The notes under the pieces are model-generated. The model did no database searches. It was not told the DNA's origin and was given only the letters and a program-made list of their open reading frames with translations. Below, one piece after another: positions 45,515-54,292 of a stretch of DNA of 64,000 nucleotides. Both the position numbers and the translations under genes were made by a program. The stretch covers positions 26,017 to 90,016 of the forward strand of contig VGID01000005.1 in assembly GCA_016868035.1 (NCBI GenBank). The letters run 5' to 3'. Source of the stretch: Betaproteobacteria bacterium. GTDB taxonomy: Bacteria > Pseudomonadota > Gammaproteobacteria > Burkholderiales > SG8-41. Numbering within the stretch: position 1 is the first letter of the stretch; each line of letters starts with the position of its first letter.

Positions 45515-46159
45515 ATGGCCGCGCCGAAATTCTCAACACCCGAAGTGGTGCGGGTATTTCCGACTTTCGTCTGGAAGACGCTGCTGCTCGGGGCGCAGCG
45601 CGATGCGGTCAATGCGGCCATACGCGACACGCTGCACGCGATCCGGCGCGGCCTGCCCGACCCGGGCCCGGGCGAGACCTGGCAGTCGAACCACGGGCTG
45701 CACGAACTCGAAGCGCTGCGCGGCTTCGTCTCCTGCGTCGAAAGCGCAGTCGAGACCGTGCTCGATTTCCTGAAGATCGGCTATGACGAGTACGAGATCA
45801 CCGGATGCTGGGCCACGCTGAGCACGCGCGGGGCCGCGCACCGCATGCACGCGCACCCCAATAATTTCCTGAGCGGCGTCTATTACGTGCAGGTCCACGA
45901 CGGCGCCAACACGATCAACTTTCACGATCCGCGGCCGCAAACCGGAATCATGCGGCCGCCGGTGACCGAGCTCACGCATTACAACACCGACCAGGTCGTG
46001 TTCAAGGTCGAGGATGGAACGCTGCTCGTGTTCCCCGCCTGGCTCCCGCATTCGGTGGACGCGAGCGGCGCCGATCGGCTGCGCATCAGCGTGAGCTTCA
46101 ACATGATGTTCAGCCGCTTCGGGGAAACATTGGGCCGCCCGCTGTGGGGCGAGCGGTAG
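45515..46159 (+). CDS. TIGR02466-like putative 2OG-Fe(II) oxygenase family protein
   Basis: FPTFVW..., MHAHPNNFLSGVYYV, and FPAWLPHSV. Confidence 0.55.
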   Translation: MAAPKFSTPEVVRVFPTFVWKTLLLGAQRDAVNAAIRDTLHAIRRGLPDPGPGETWQSNHGLHELEALRGFVSCVESAVETVLDFLKIGYDEYEITGCWATLSTRGAAHRMHAHPNNFLSGVYYVQVHDGANTINFHDPRPQTGIMRPPVTELTHYNTDQVVFKVEDGTLLVFPAWLPHSVDASGADRLRISVSFNMMFSRFGETLGRPLWGER

Positions 46160-46197
46160 TCCCGGGCGCAGCGGCGCGCATCGCCGGGTAGCGTGCG

Positions 46198-46905
46198 ATG
46201 ACGGAAGCGTTCCGCCCCTTCACCCTGACGCATGCCGCGGTGCTGGTCGCCATCGCCGCAGCGGCCTGGCTGTGGGTCGCGGCCGTGCGCAAGCAGCCCG
46301 AAGTTGCGAGCCCGACGATGCTGGATTACCGGCTCGCCGTTGCGAACCTCGTCGTGTGGATCATGGCGCACACCTGGTGGAACCTGCCGCCGCGGTTCGA
46401 CCCGGCGGTGACGCTCCCGCTGCAGCTGTGCCACCTCACTTCGCTCGTGGCATCGGCCGCGCTGCTCACGCGCGGGCGGTTGTGGCGGGCGCTGCTCTAT
46501 TTCTGGGGGATCGGACTGTCCACCCAGGCGCTGCTCACGCCCACGCTCACCGATCCGCCCACCGTGATCTGGTTCTGGGCATTCTGGGGGTTGCACGGAT
46601 TCGTGCTGGCGGCCGCGGTGCACGATCTCGTGGCGAACCGGTTCCGCCCGACCTGGCGCGACTACGGGGCGGCCTGCGCCGCGAGCGCCGTGTACCTCGC
46701 GGTGGTGTTCCCGCTCAATCTCGCGATCGGCGCCAACTACGGCTTCGTCGGTCAGTCGAAGCCGCAGACGCCGAGCGTGATCGATCTGCTCGGACCCTGG
46801 CCCGGACGCGTCGTCGTGATCGTCGCGCTGGTCGCGGGGCTGATGGCGCTGCTGATGCTGCCGTGGCACTTCGTGCGGCAGCGCCGGGTGGCCGGTAACG
46901 AGTGA
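46198..46905 (+). CDS. TIGR02206/YwaF-like integral membrane protein
   Basis: PLQLCHLTSLVA and GIGLSTQALLTP motifs; multi-TM. Confidence 0.55.
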   Translation: MTEAFRPFTLTHAAVLVAIAAAAWLWVAAVRKQPEVASPTMLDYRLAVANLVVWIMAHTWWNLPPRFDPAVTLPLQLCHLTSLVASAALLTRGRLWRALLYFWGIGLSTQALLTPTLTDPPTVIWFWAFWGLHGFVLAAAVHDLVANRFRPTWRDYGAACAASAVYLAVVFPLNLAIGANYGFVGQSKPQTPSVIDLLGPWPGRVVVIVALVAGLMALLMLPWHFVRQRRVAGNE

Positions 46906-47027
46906 CGGAAAATGGTGGTTCACGGGCAGCGGTAGCGCACTCCTGCCCCGTTGAGCTACGCTATCTCCTGCTGCACGCGATCCTGACCTTCAGCCCGCGA
47001 GATCCGATTTTTTCCCGAGGAGGAACC

Positions 47028-47999
47028 ATGAAGCACTTCCAGTACCTTCTGGCCGGCATCATCGCCTGGGGTTGCGCCGCAGCGGCGCTCGCGCAACAGC
47101 CCTATCCGAACAAGCCCATACGGTTGATCGTCGGATTTGCGCCGGGCGGGAACACGGACACCGTCGGGCGCATCGTCGGGCAGAAGCTCGGCGAGCGCCT
47201 CGGCACCGCGGTGGTGGTGGACAACCGCGGCGGCGCGGGCGGCACGATCGGAACCGAGCTCGCGGCGAATGCCGCCCCGGACGGTTACACCCTGACGATG
47301 GGAACGACGACCACGCACGCCATTGCTGTCGCCGCGTATTCCAAGCTCCGCTACGATCCCGTCAAGGACTTCTCGCCTATCGCTCTGGTCGCGAGCGCGC
47401 CCTATCTCCTCGTCGTCCATCCAAGCCTGCCGCCCCGCAGCCTGAAGGAATTCGTCGCGTACGCGAAGTCCCAGTCCGGCAAGTTGAACTACGGCTCGGC
47501 CGGCCAGGCGACCACCACTCACCTCGTGATGGCGACCTTCACCGGCCGCGCGGGCCTTGATATGACGCACATCCCGTTCAAGGGCAACGGCCCGGCGACG
47601 ACTGCCGTGGTGGCGGGAGAGGTGCAGGTGCTCTTCGGGGCCGTGCCGCCGCTCATCGGGCACGTCGGCGCGGGCCGGGTGCGGGCGCTTGCGATCAGCT
47701 CCGGGAAACGCTCGCCGACGCTGCCCGACGTGCCGACCGTCGCGGAATCCGGCTATCCGGGTTTCGACATGGCGTTGTGGCTGGGTTTCTTCGCGCCGAA
47801 CGGCACGCCGTCCGCGGTGGTGAAGCGCCTCGAATCGTCGCTCGTCGAAATCATCAAATCGCCCGAAACCAAGGACCTGCTGACACGGCAGGGCGTCGAG
47901 CCCTACAGTATGGGTTCGGCCGATCTGGCAAAACTGGTGAAGACGGAGATCACGACCTATCGGTCGGTGTTCAAGTCGGCCGGCATCAAGGTCGAGTGA
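47028..47999 (+). CDS. Bug-family substrate-binding protein
   Basis: Signal peptide, then YPNKPIRLIVGFAPGGNTDTVGR; 323 aa. Confidence 0.9.
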   Translation: MKHFQYLLAGIIAWGCAAAALAQQPYPNKPIRLIVGFAPGGNTDTVGRIVGQKLGERLGTAVVVDNRGGAGGTIGTELAANAAPDGYTLTMGTTTTHAIAVAAYSKLRYDPVKDFSPIALVASAPYLLVVHPSLPPRSLKEFVAYAKSQSGKLNYGSAGQATTTHLVMATFTGRAGLDMTHIPFKGNGPATTAVVAGEVQVLFGAVPPLIGHVGAGRVRALAISSGKRSPTLPDVPTVAESGYPGFDMALWLGFFAPNGTPSAVVKRLESSLVEIIKSPETKDLLTRQGVEPYSMGSADLAKLVKTEITTYRSVFKSAGIKVE

Positions 48000-48018
48000 C
48001 CGTCCAGCTGCGCCTTTG

Positions 48019-48053
48019 CTGGCGACGAGTGACGACTGGCGGGAGACGCGTTA
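48019..48053. repeat. weak heptamer periodicity (CGNNNGA x5)
   Basis: ctggcga cgagtga cgactgg cgggaga cgcgtta; degenerate. Confidence 0.4.
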
Positions 48054-48148
48054 CCGGGAAAACGCATCAGCAATCGTGAATTGCCGATTATGCTCCCGGA
48101 AGGCCGCCCGGCAACGGAACGGTGTTCAGCTTACGGGTGTAACTGAGT

Positions 48149-48961
48149 CTATGCCGCGCGCGCCGTCACCACCAGCGCGCGCCGGTCGGCGCGGAAGGGC
48201 CGGTCGCCGAATGTCCGCGCGAGCGTATTGGTCACCGCCTCGATCACCTCGTCGATCGAAATCCCGCGCTGCTCGATCTCCCGCCCGGCCGGCGTGCCCC
48301 GGATGATTCCCGTCGCATAGTCGCGCGCGGTGGGAGTGCTCGTCTTGATCGTCACGGGCTCGATCCCGGTCCGCTCGAAGCCCGCGTCGGCGAGAAGGCG
48401 CCGGATCAGGTCGCGGTCGTTGAACCCGAACGGGATCTTGAAGAACGCCGGCGGCTCGCCGCCGAGGAACGTGCAGATGGCGGCCTGTGCAACGCGGTTG
48501 CACTCGTTTCCCTCCAGCCCGTCCCACACGTTGAACACGAACCGGCCGCCGGCGGAGAGCACGCGGCGCGTTTCGCGGAAGACCGCGGACTTGTCCGGCA
48601 CGAACATCACGCCGAACCCGCAGGCGACGGCGGCGAAAGACGACGCCTCGAAAGGAAGCGCCGTTGCGTCTGCCTTCTGCCACACGATGGAGTCGTCGGA
48701 CAGCTTCGCGCGCGCGTAATCGAGCATCTCCTGGCTCAGGTCGGTCGCGACGAGGCGCACGGGCGGCGGGAGCTTCGAGCGCAACCGCCTGGTGACGATG
48801 CCCGTGCCGCACGCGGTTTCGAGCACCGCGCCCTGAGGGCGGGCGCCTGCAACGCGGTTCGCCAGGTCATCGGCAAAAGGCTCGAAGTGCGCCGGCCCGA
48901 GGTAGCGGTCGTAGTTCTCGGGAATCGATCCCGTGAAGCTCGCGAGTTGGTTATCGGCCAT
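48149..48961 (-). CDS. class I SAM-dependent methyltransferase
   Basis: VLETACGTGIVTRRL motif I and FRETRRVLSAGGRFVF. Confidence 0.8.
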   Translation of the reverse strand: MADNQLASFTGSIPENYDRYLGPAHFEPFADDLANRVAGARPQGAVLETACGTGIVTRRLRSKLPPPVRLVATDLSQEMLDYARAKLSDDSIVWQKADATALPFEASSFAAVACGFGVMFVPDKSAVFRETRRVLSAGGRFVFNVWDGLEGNECNRVAQAAICTFLGGEPPAFFKIPFGFNDRDLIRRLLADAGFERTGIEPVTIKTSTPTARDYATGIIRGTPAGREIEQRGISIDEVIEAVTNTLARTFGDRPFRADRRALVVTARAA

Positions 48962-49005
48962 GATGTTCTCCCGGAACCATCGATGGGTAGCGGAATATCG
49001 CAGTG

Positions 49006-49263
49006 CTACTTTACCCCCAGCTCCTCGAGCGCGCCGACCACCAAATGCCGCGCCCGGCCCGCGGACACGACGATCCCGATTGCCATCGCCTCCTTGATTT
49101 CGGCGGGAGTGGCGCCGGCCTCCTTCGCACCTGCGAAGGCACGGCGAAGTCAGGTAGGGCAGCCCGCCGCCACGGCGCTCCCCGCCTGGACCAGCCGGCG
49201 GATTTTTTCGTCCAGCACTTCCTCGTATTCGAAGTTCACCTGAAACTTTTTCTGGGCCGCCAT
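49006..49263 (-). CDS. AhpD/carboxymuconolactone-decarboxylase-family redox protein with in-frame TGA (49152-49150) at the second Cys position of CPxC; candidate selenoprotein (or nonsense pseudogene)
   Basis: SD AAGGGGGA precedes ATG 49263. Read through the TGA, the translation is MAAQKKFQVNFEYEEVLDEKIRRLVQAGSAVAAGCPT[TGA]LRRAFAGAKEAGATPAEIKEAMAIGIVVSAGRARHLVVGALEELGVK. The frame stays open for 47 more codons with CMD-like sequence. Confidence 0.5.
49122..49139 (-). other. candidate bacterial SECIS-like hairpin
   Basis: On the minus strand, 10 nt after the TGA: CCTTCGC-AGGT-GCGAAGG, a perfect 7-bp stem with a 4-nt loop containing GU. Confidence 0.45.
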
Positions 49264-49368
49264 GATTCCCCCTTTCGGATTGGTTGATGCTCGTGACGCC
49301 GCGACTGGCGCCGGCCCGGCAAGCCTGCCCGAACCGAACCGCCCGCCGTCACCCCTCCGCACCCCTTG

Positions 49369-49704
49369 CTAGGTAAGCGGCACGAAGTCGTACTCGCCCA
49401 GGCCCTGGAGCACGAGGAATGTCGCCGAGGTCCTTCCGCCGTTGGTGACGAGATGCGGGCGCCGCGGCGGCACCGAATACGTGTCTCCGGGGCCAAGCTC
49501 GACCTCTTCCTTGGGCTCGCGCAGGAAAATTCTGAGCCGCCCGTTCAGCACGTAGAACGTGTCCTGGATGTTGTTGTGGTAGTGCCACGGCACCTTCTGT
49601 GTCGCGGAGATCTGGAGCTCGGTGATGCGAAAGCCCGGCCGCGCGGCGTGCTCCGCCCGTCGCTCGACCTCATACAGCGGCGCACCCGATTTCAACGCTT
49701 CCAT
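49369..49704 (-). CDS. cupin-domain protein
   Basis: VPWHYHNNIQDTFYVLNGRL...PHLVTN; paralog of 54293..54637. Confidence 0.7.
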   Translation of the reverse strand: MEALKSGAPLYEVERRAEHAARPGFRITELQISATQKVPWHYHNNIQDTFYVLNGRLRIFLREPKEEVELGPGDTYSVPPRRPHLVTNGGRTSATFLVLQGLGEYDFVPLT

Positions 49705-49761
49705 GACGTGCTCCGATTCGAAGGCGTTCGACTCCGGCCGTCTCGATCCCCGGCGCGCCGC

Positions 49762-50736
49762 TCATTCGGCGCGAATGTTCGCGAGCTGGACCACCTTGGT
49801 CCACTGCTCGCGCTCGTTCCTGAGGTGCGCCGCGAATTCCCGCGGCGAGCTCGCCACGCCCTCGGTGCCGTCGAGCGCCAGCCGCTTCACGACCTCCAGC
49901 TGTTTCACCGCCGCGGCAATCTCCTGGTACAGGCGCTCGATCACGCCCTGCGGAGTGCCACGCGGGGCAAGCATGCCGTGCCACTGGGTGACGATGTATC
50001 CCGGCACGCCCGACTCGATCATCGTCGGCAGATCGGGCGCGATTTTCGCGCGCGTGGCGCTTGCAATGGCGATCGGCTTCAACTTCCCGACCCGCACCTG
50101 GCTGTACACCGAGCCCATGCTGAGAAAGCTCATGTGTATGCGCCCCGCCAACATGTCGGGAAGCGCGGCGCCGACTCCCTTGTACGGGACGTGGACGAGC
50201 TCGATTCCCGTGGAAATCCGGAACAGCTCCGTCGCCAGATGCGCCAGCGACGCGTTGCCCGTCGAGGAATAGTTGAGCTTGGTGGGCACGGACTTTGCGT
50301 ACGCGATGAGCTCCTTCACCGTCGTCGCGGGAAGCCCTGGATACACGGTGAGGATGTACGGCGCGGCGGCGGCCTGGGTAACCGGGGCAAAGTCCCGGTA
50401 GAGGTCATAGCGGGTCTTGCTGACGATGCCGTACACGACCAGGCTCGCGCTGAGGAACATCACGGTATAGCCGTCCGGGGCCGCCTGCGCCGCGAGCTCC
50501 GCGGCAATGCTCCCGCTCGCTCCTGCCCGGTTGTCCACGACCACGGTCTGTCCCACGGCCTCGCTCATGGGACCCGCGACCTGGCGCGCGACGAAATCGA
50601 GCCCCGCGCCCGAGGCGACGATCAATCTGATCGCCTTGGTCGGGTATGTCGCCGGTTGCGCGCCAGCGTGCGGCGCGAGAAGAACGAGCACCGCGGTTAG
50701 CGCCGCGATGACCCCGGCCGGCGTTCTTTCTTTCAT
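49762..50736 (-). CDS. Bug-family substrate-binding protein
   Basis: Signal peptide, then YPTKAIRLIVASGAG...; about 324 aa from MKERTPAG. Confidence 0.9.
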   Translation of the reverse strand: MKERTPAGVIAALTAVLVLLAPHAGAQPATYPTKAIRLIVASGAGLDFVARQVAGPMSEAVGQTVVVDNRAGASGSIAAELAAQAAPDGYTVMFLSASLVVYGIVSKTRYDLYRDFAPVTQAAAAPYILTVYPGLPATTVKELIAYAKSVPTKLNYSSTGNASLAHLATELFRISTGIELVHVPYKGVGAALPDMLAGRIHMSFLSMGSVYSQVRVGKLKPIAIASATRAKIAPDLPTMIESGVPGYIVTQWHGMLAPRGTPQGVIERLYQEIAAAVKQLEVVKRLALDGTEGVASSPREFAAHLRNEREQWTKVVQLANIRAE

Positions 50737-50853
50737 CACAAACCCTCCCCGATTCCCGTTACGCATCGCCTTGCGGGCGCGCCGCGGGAGTCAGCTCAAT
50801 CCGACTCCTTCCCTTTCATTTTCCGCAACCCGCGTGCCAGCCCGCGCAAAGAC

Positions 50854-51657
50854 TTACTTGCCCAGATGCCGGGCCAGAAATTCCCTGGCCAGGTCCCGGG
50901 ACTTCGCAGTGGCGTTACGATCATAAACGGCATAGTCCCCGTAGGTATTTACCTTGCCGCTCGCCCGGAAGTCGTCCCACGAATGGTACGCGCCCGGAAT
51001 GATGTGGACCTCGATCGAGGAGTGCAATCTGCGGCACGAATCGACATGCTTCTCGTCGCGCTCCCCCGCAACCTGCATCAAAGGTATGGAATCGGGACGC
51101 GGGCTGTATCGCCAGAGATCATGGCAGCGGCCGTACACGCCGATCGCGGCCTTGAAGTTGCTGGCGGCCGGGCGCTTCACTTCCTGGACCAGGTAACTGT
51201 TGATCGTGTTGGCACCGAGCGAGAAACCGATTACCGCGATTCGGTCCTTTTTGATGAACGGCTGCGCAGCAAGATAATCGAGTGCGCCGTAGGCGTCGCG
51301 AGTCATTTCACGGTACGCCTCGGTTTTCCGCCCCGGGCCCGCCGGGTGCAACGCATTGCCGCAAGGTCCGAGGCCGCGCGAGCCGAAGGTGTCCACCGTG
51401 AGCGCCACGTAACCGAGCCCGCTGAAAAATCTCGGCCAGTCCTCGCTCACGTGCGATTGCACGCCGCCGCAGGTGTGAAGAATCACAACAGCAGGAAATG
51501 GACCGACGCCGTCGGGTCTTGCAAGCAGGCCTTCGATCTCGCGGGGCTTGTCGTCGCTCGAAAGAACCGCGTTACGGAATGACACTCCGGTCGCGGCGCA
51601 CGCGGCAAGACTCGCAGCCAACACGGACAACAGCAGGTTTCGGACTATGGATTGCAT
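50854..51657 (-). CDS. exported dienelactone hydrolase-family alpha/beta hydrolase
   Basis: Signal peptide; IAVIGFSLGA nucleophile elbow; HTCGG. Confidence 0.7.
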   Translation of the reverse strand: MQSIVRNLLLSVLAASLAACAATGVSFRNAVLSSDDKPREIEGLLARPDGVGPFPAVVILHTCGGVQSHVSEDWPRFFSGLGYVALTVDTFGSRGLGPCGNALHPAGPGRKTEAYREMTRDAYGALDYLAAQPFIKKDRIAVIGFSLGANTINSYLVQEVKRPAASNFKAAIGVYGRCHDLWRYSPRPDSIPLMQVAGERDEKHVDSCRRLHSSIEVHIIPGAYHSWDDFRASGKVNTYGDYAVYDRNATAKSRDLAREFLARHLGK

Positions 51658-51851
51658 GACGCCTCCCGAATGGTTGGGGACCGACCACGTACTGATCTAC
51701 TCCGATCTTGCCCTGCCTGGCGTTCTTCGCGTCGCGGTTAGTTTCGAACCTCGCGCCGAGCTCGCGCCCAAGCGACACCGTCCCGCACCAGCCGTTCCAG
51801 TTAATGAGGCGTAAACTGCGATTCGATTTCTTCGCGTTTCCTTCCCGCTGC

Positions 51852-52103
51852 CTAATCATCCGACCACCGCCGGCGCGGGCCCGCATAGTCGAAGTCTTCG
51901 GGGACGTCCGTGTCGGCATCGGCTTCCGGCTGGTCGAACTTGTCCATCTCACGGAGCAGCGACTGCAGGCGCGACTCGGCGTCGGGAGTCCGGCCCGCTT
52001 TCCCGGATATTTTCCGGGCGACCGCGGCTGCGCGCTCGTAGTCGCGCTTGGTCCGGATCGGCCTCGCGGGCTCCCTCGCCTGCTCCCGGCTTCGCCTGGT
52101 CAT
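51852..52103 (-). CDS. small hypothetical protein with acidic C-terminus
   Basis: 83 aa from MTRRSREQ. PIRTKRDYERAAAVARKI resembles the N-terminal helix of some antitoxin/HTH-associated proteins, but no HTH is visible. Confidence 0.3.
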   Translation of the reverse strand: MTRRSREQAREPARPIRTKRDYERAAAVARKISGKAGRTPDAESRLQSLLREMDKFDQPEADADTDVPEDFDYAGPRRRWSDD

Positions 52104-52186
52104 GGCCGGGACCGTCCGTGCGGGCCGCACCACGCAATGGATCTTCGCACTTTCAAGAAATCTCTCTTTTCCCGGTGAATATAGTA

Positions 52187-52873
52187 TCAGCGGCGTCTGT
52201 CCCCATCGACTGAATTCGGGCGCGGCGCGCCGCGGTTCTTCGAGCGCGGCGCGGTGTGCTCCACCTCCCATGCAAACGTGCTGTACGCGATCCACAAAAA
52301 CTCGGTGTTGAGCGCCTGCGCGAGCCTTCGTACGCCAGCCATGATGCTGTCCGGATGGTCCCTGACTACCCGTTCCACGTGATCGTCCGCCAAGGCATTG
52401 GCCACCACCCATGTAATGTACAACCCTTCGCTACGCGAATGTCGTTCCGAATCGAACTTGGCCAGGCCCGGATCCGTCAATCCGTAGTCCACAACGCCGT
52501 ACGGGGTTACAACCGTGTGCTTGATCGTCCCCCTGCCGCGATGGCGCCTGTGAAAGCGCGATGTCACATCCATCATGAAATGAACATCGCTGACGCTCGG
52601 CATCGAAAACACCACATCGGTGATCCATCTCTGGTCGATGGATCTCGATCGGCGAGCTGGCGCTACTCGCGGGCAGCGGGGATGAGCCGCGCATTCAAAG
52701 TATCTCAGCGGATGATAGTGAACCAGATGAATCTCGGTGTTAGCGGCGATCAGGTCCTCGAGGTACGCCATGTCCACACGTACATGGGCACTTTCGATTC
52801 CAGCCTTTTCCTCGCGACCGATTTCGTGCCACTGGCAGCGGTCGGTACCGTGCGCGCGCGGCAGAAACCCCAC
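52187..52873 (-). CDS. hypothetical protein (low-GC islet); possibly the downstream part of a frameshifted gene
   Basis: 228-aa ORF containing VHYHP...PSVSDV. It overlaps ORF 52750..53145 by 124 nt in another frame. Confidence 0.3.
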   Translation of the reverse strand: MGFLPRAHGTDRCQWHEIGREEKAGIESAHVRVDMAYLEDLIAANTEIHLVHYHPLRYFECAAHPRCPRVAPARRSRSIDQRWITDVVFSMPSVSDVHFMMDVTSRFHRRHRGRGTIKHTVVTPYGVVDYGLTDPGLAKFDSERHSRSEGLYITWVVANALADDHVERVVRDHPDSIMAGVRRLAQALNTEFLWIAYSTFAWEVEHTAPRSKNRGAPRPNSVDGDRRR

Positions 52874-53145
52874 ATTTCCTCGAAATCAGAGCGTCTCAAA
52901 ATTTGAGATATCTGCCGCACGCCGTCGATCTCGCATACGCCGTTCACGACGTATCGCTCGGTATCGGAGAGGTTTGCACGCAGCTCCGGCGCATACTTCA
53001 CCTGCCGGACGAGTTCCGCTCCCGATCCGGAACCGCTGCGCCCAGGGTTCGCGCCGTCCGCGGTCAGCGTATACCCCGCAAACCCCCACACGGAGAGCAA
53101 GGCAATCAGCGCTGCCGGTCTCGAAACCCGGGAATCTGCGCTCAT
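52750..53145 (-). CDS. hypothetical exported protein; the C-terminal about 40 aa look non-coding, possibly the upstream part of a frameshifted gene
   Basis: Signal-like RPAALIALLSVWGFAG. A G4 run at 52869-52872 lies at the frame junction. Confidence 0.3.
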   Translation of the reverse strand: MSADSRVSRPAALIALLSVWGFAGYTLTADGANPGRSGSGSGAELVRQVKYAPELRANLSDTERYVVNGVCEIDGVRQISQILRRSDFEEMWGFCRARTVPTAASGTKSVARKRLESKVPMYVWTWRTSRT

Positions 53146-53206
53146 CGATCGTATTTCGAGGATTCCTGCCGCATCAAACCGTTGATCACTGGCGCTGCCG
53201 ATTGGT

Positions 53207-54178
53207 TCACTCGAGCTTGAGGCCTGTCTCCTGCGCCACCCTCTTCCACTTCGCCAGGTCTTCGCGGATGAAGCTCGCGAGCTCCTCGCTCGAACTCGGG
53301 CGTAGCTCGACGCCGAGCGCCCGGAAGCGCTCGATCACGGCCGGCATGCTCAAGGCCTTGACCAGCGCCGCGTTGAGGCGCCGCACGATGTCCGGCGGCG
53401 TCGCCGCCGGCGCGAGCACACCGTTTACCGTGCTCGCATCGAAGCCAGGCAATCCGGACTCGGCAAGAGTCGGCAGATCGGGCAGCAACGCGGCCCGGCG
53501 CGCCGTGGTGACGGCGACGGCGCGCAGCCGGTTCGACTTGATGTGCTCGATCGACGAGGAAATCTGGTCAACGCGCGCGTCCACGTGCCCGCCCAGCAGG
53601 TCGACCAGCGCGGGACCCGCTCCCTTGTACGGAACGATCAGCAGCTTCACTCCGGCGGTGATCGCGAACAGTTCCGCGATCAGGTGGCTCGTCGTGCCCT
53701 GGCCGCCGGTCGCCATCCGTATGTCGGCCGGCCGTGCCTTGGCAAGAGCGATGAACTGCTTCGCGGTCCTGGCGGGCACGGTAGGGTGCACCACGATCAC
53801 CAGCGGCAGCTCGCCGACGCGCCCGACCGGCACGAAGTCCTTGAGGATGTCGTAGCGCAGCTTCGCATAGGCCGCCGGCGCGTTGGTCATCACGCTGCTC
53901 GAAGCCATCATCAGCGTGTACCCGTCGGGCGCGGACTTTGCCACCGCTTCGGCGCCGATCTGCCCGCCCGCGCCGGCGCGGTTCTCCACGATCACCTGCT
54001 GGCCCAGGGCCTCGCCCAGCTCCGGGGCGATGCCGCGCGCCGCGATGTCATTGGTGCCGCCCGGCGCGAACGGCACGACGAGACGCACCGGCTTCGACGG
54101 GAACCCCTGTGCGAGCGCGATCGAAGCGAGCAGGCCCAGCCAGATGAAAACCCCCACCTGTCCCAGTGCGCGCATCAT
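53207..54178 (-). CDS. Bug-family substrate-binding protein
   Basis: Signal peptide, then FPSKPVRLVVPFAPGGTNDIAAR. Confidence 0.9.
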   Translation of the reverse strand: MMRALGQVGVFIWLGLLASIALAQGFPSKPVRLVVPFAPGGTNDIAARGIAPELGEALGQQVIVENRAGAGGQIGAEAVAKSAPDGYTLMMASSSVMTNAPAAYAKLRYDILKDFVPVGRVGELPLVIVVHPTVPARTAKQFIALAKARPADIRMATGGQGTTSHLIAELFAITAGVKLLIVPYKGAGPALVDLLGGHVDARVDQISSSIEHIKSNRLRAVAVTTARRAALLPDLPTLAESGLPGFDASTVNGVLAPAATPPDIVRRLNAALVKALSMPAVIERFRALGVELRPSSSEELASFIREDLAKWKRVAQETGLKLE

Positions 54179-54292
54179 GAAAATCCTCCTGCCAACAAGT
54201 TTGTCAGAGCCGATGGCCGGCGCCGCCAATACACGATCAATTCACCGAAATGCTTGTTGTTCTGGCGGGACGCGAACTGACCCGATTTTTCC

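Noticed and set aside
51660-53200. Low-GC islet as an insertion sequence or integrated mobile element
   Set aside because: No transposase, integrase or recombinase motifs, no terminal inverted repeats and no flanking direct repeats could be found. It is kept only as a compositional islet of unknown origin.
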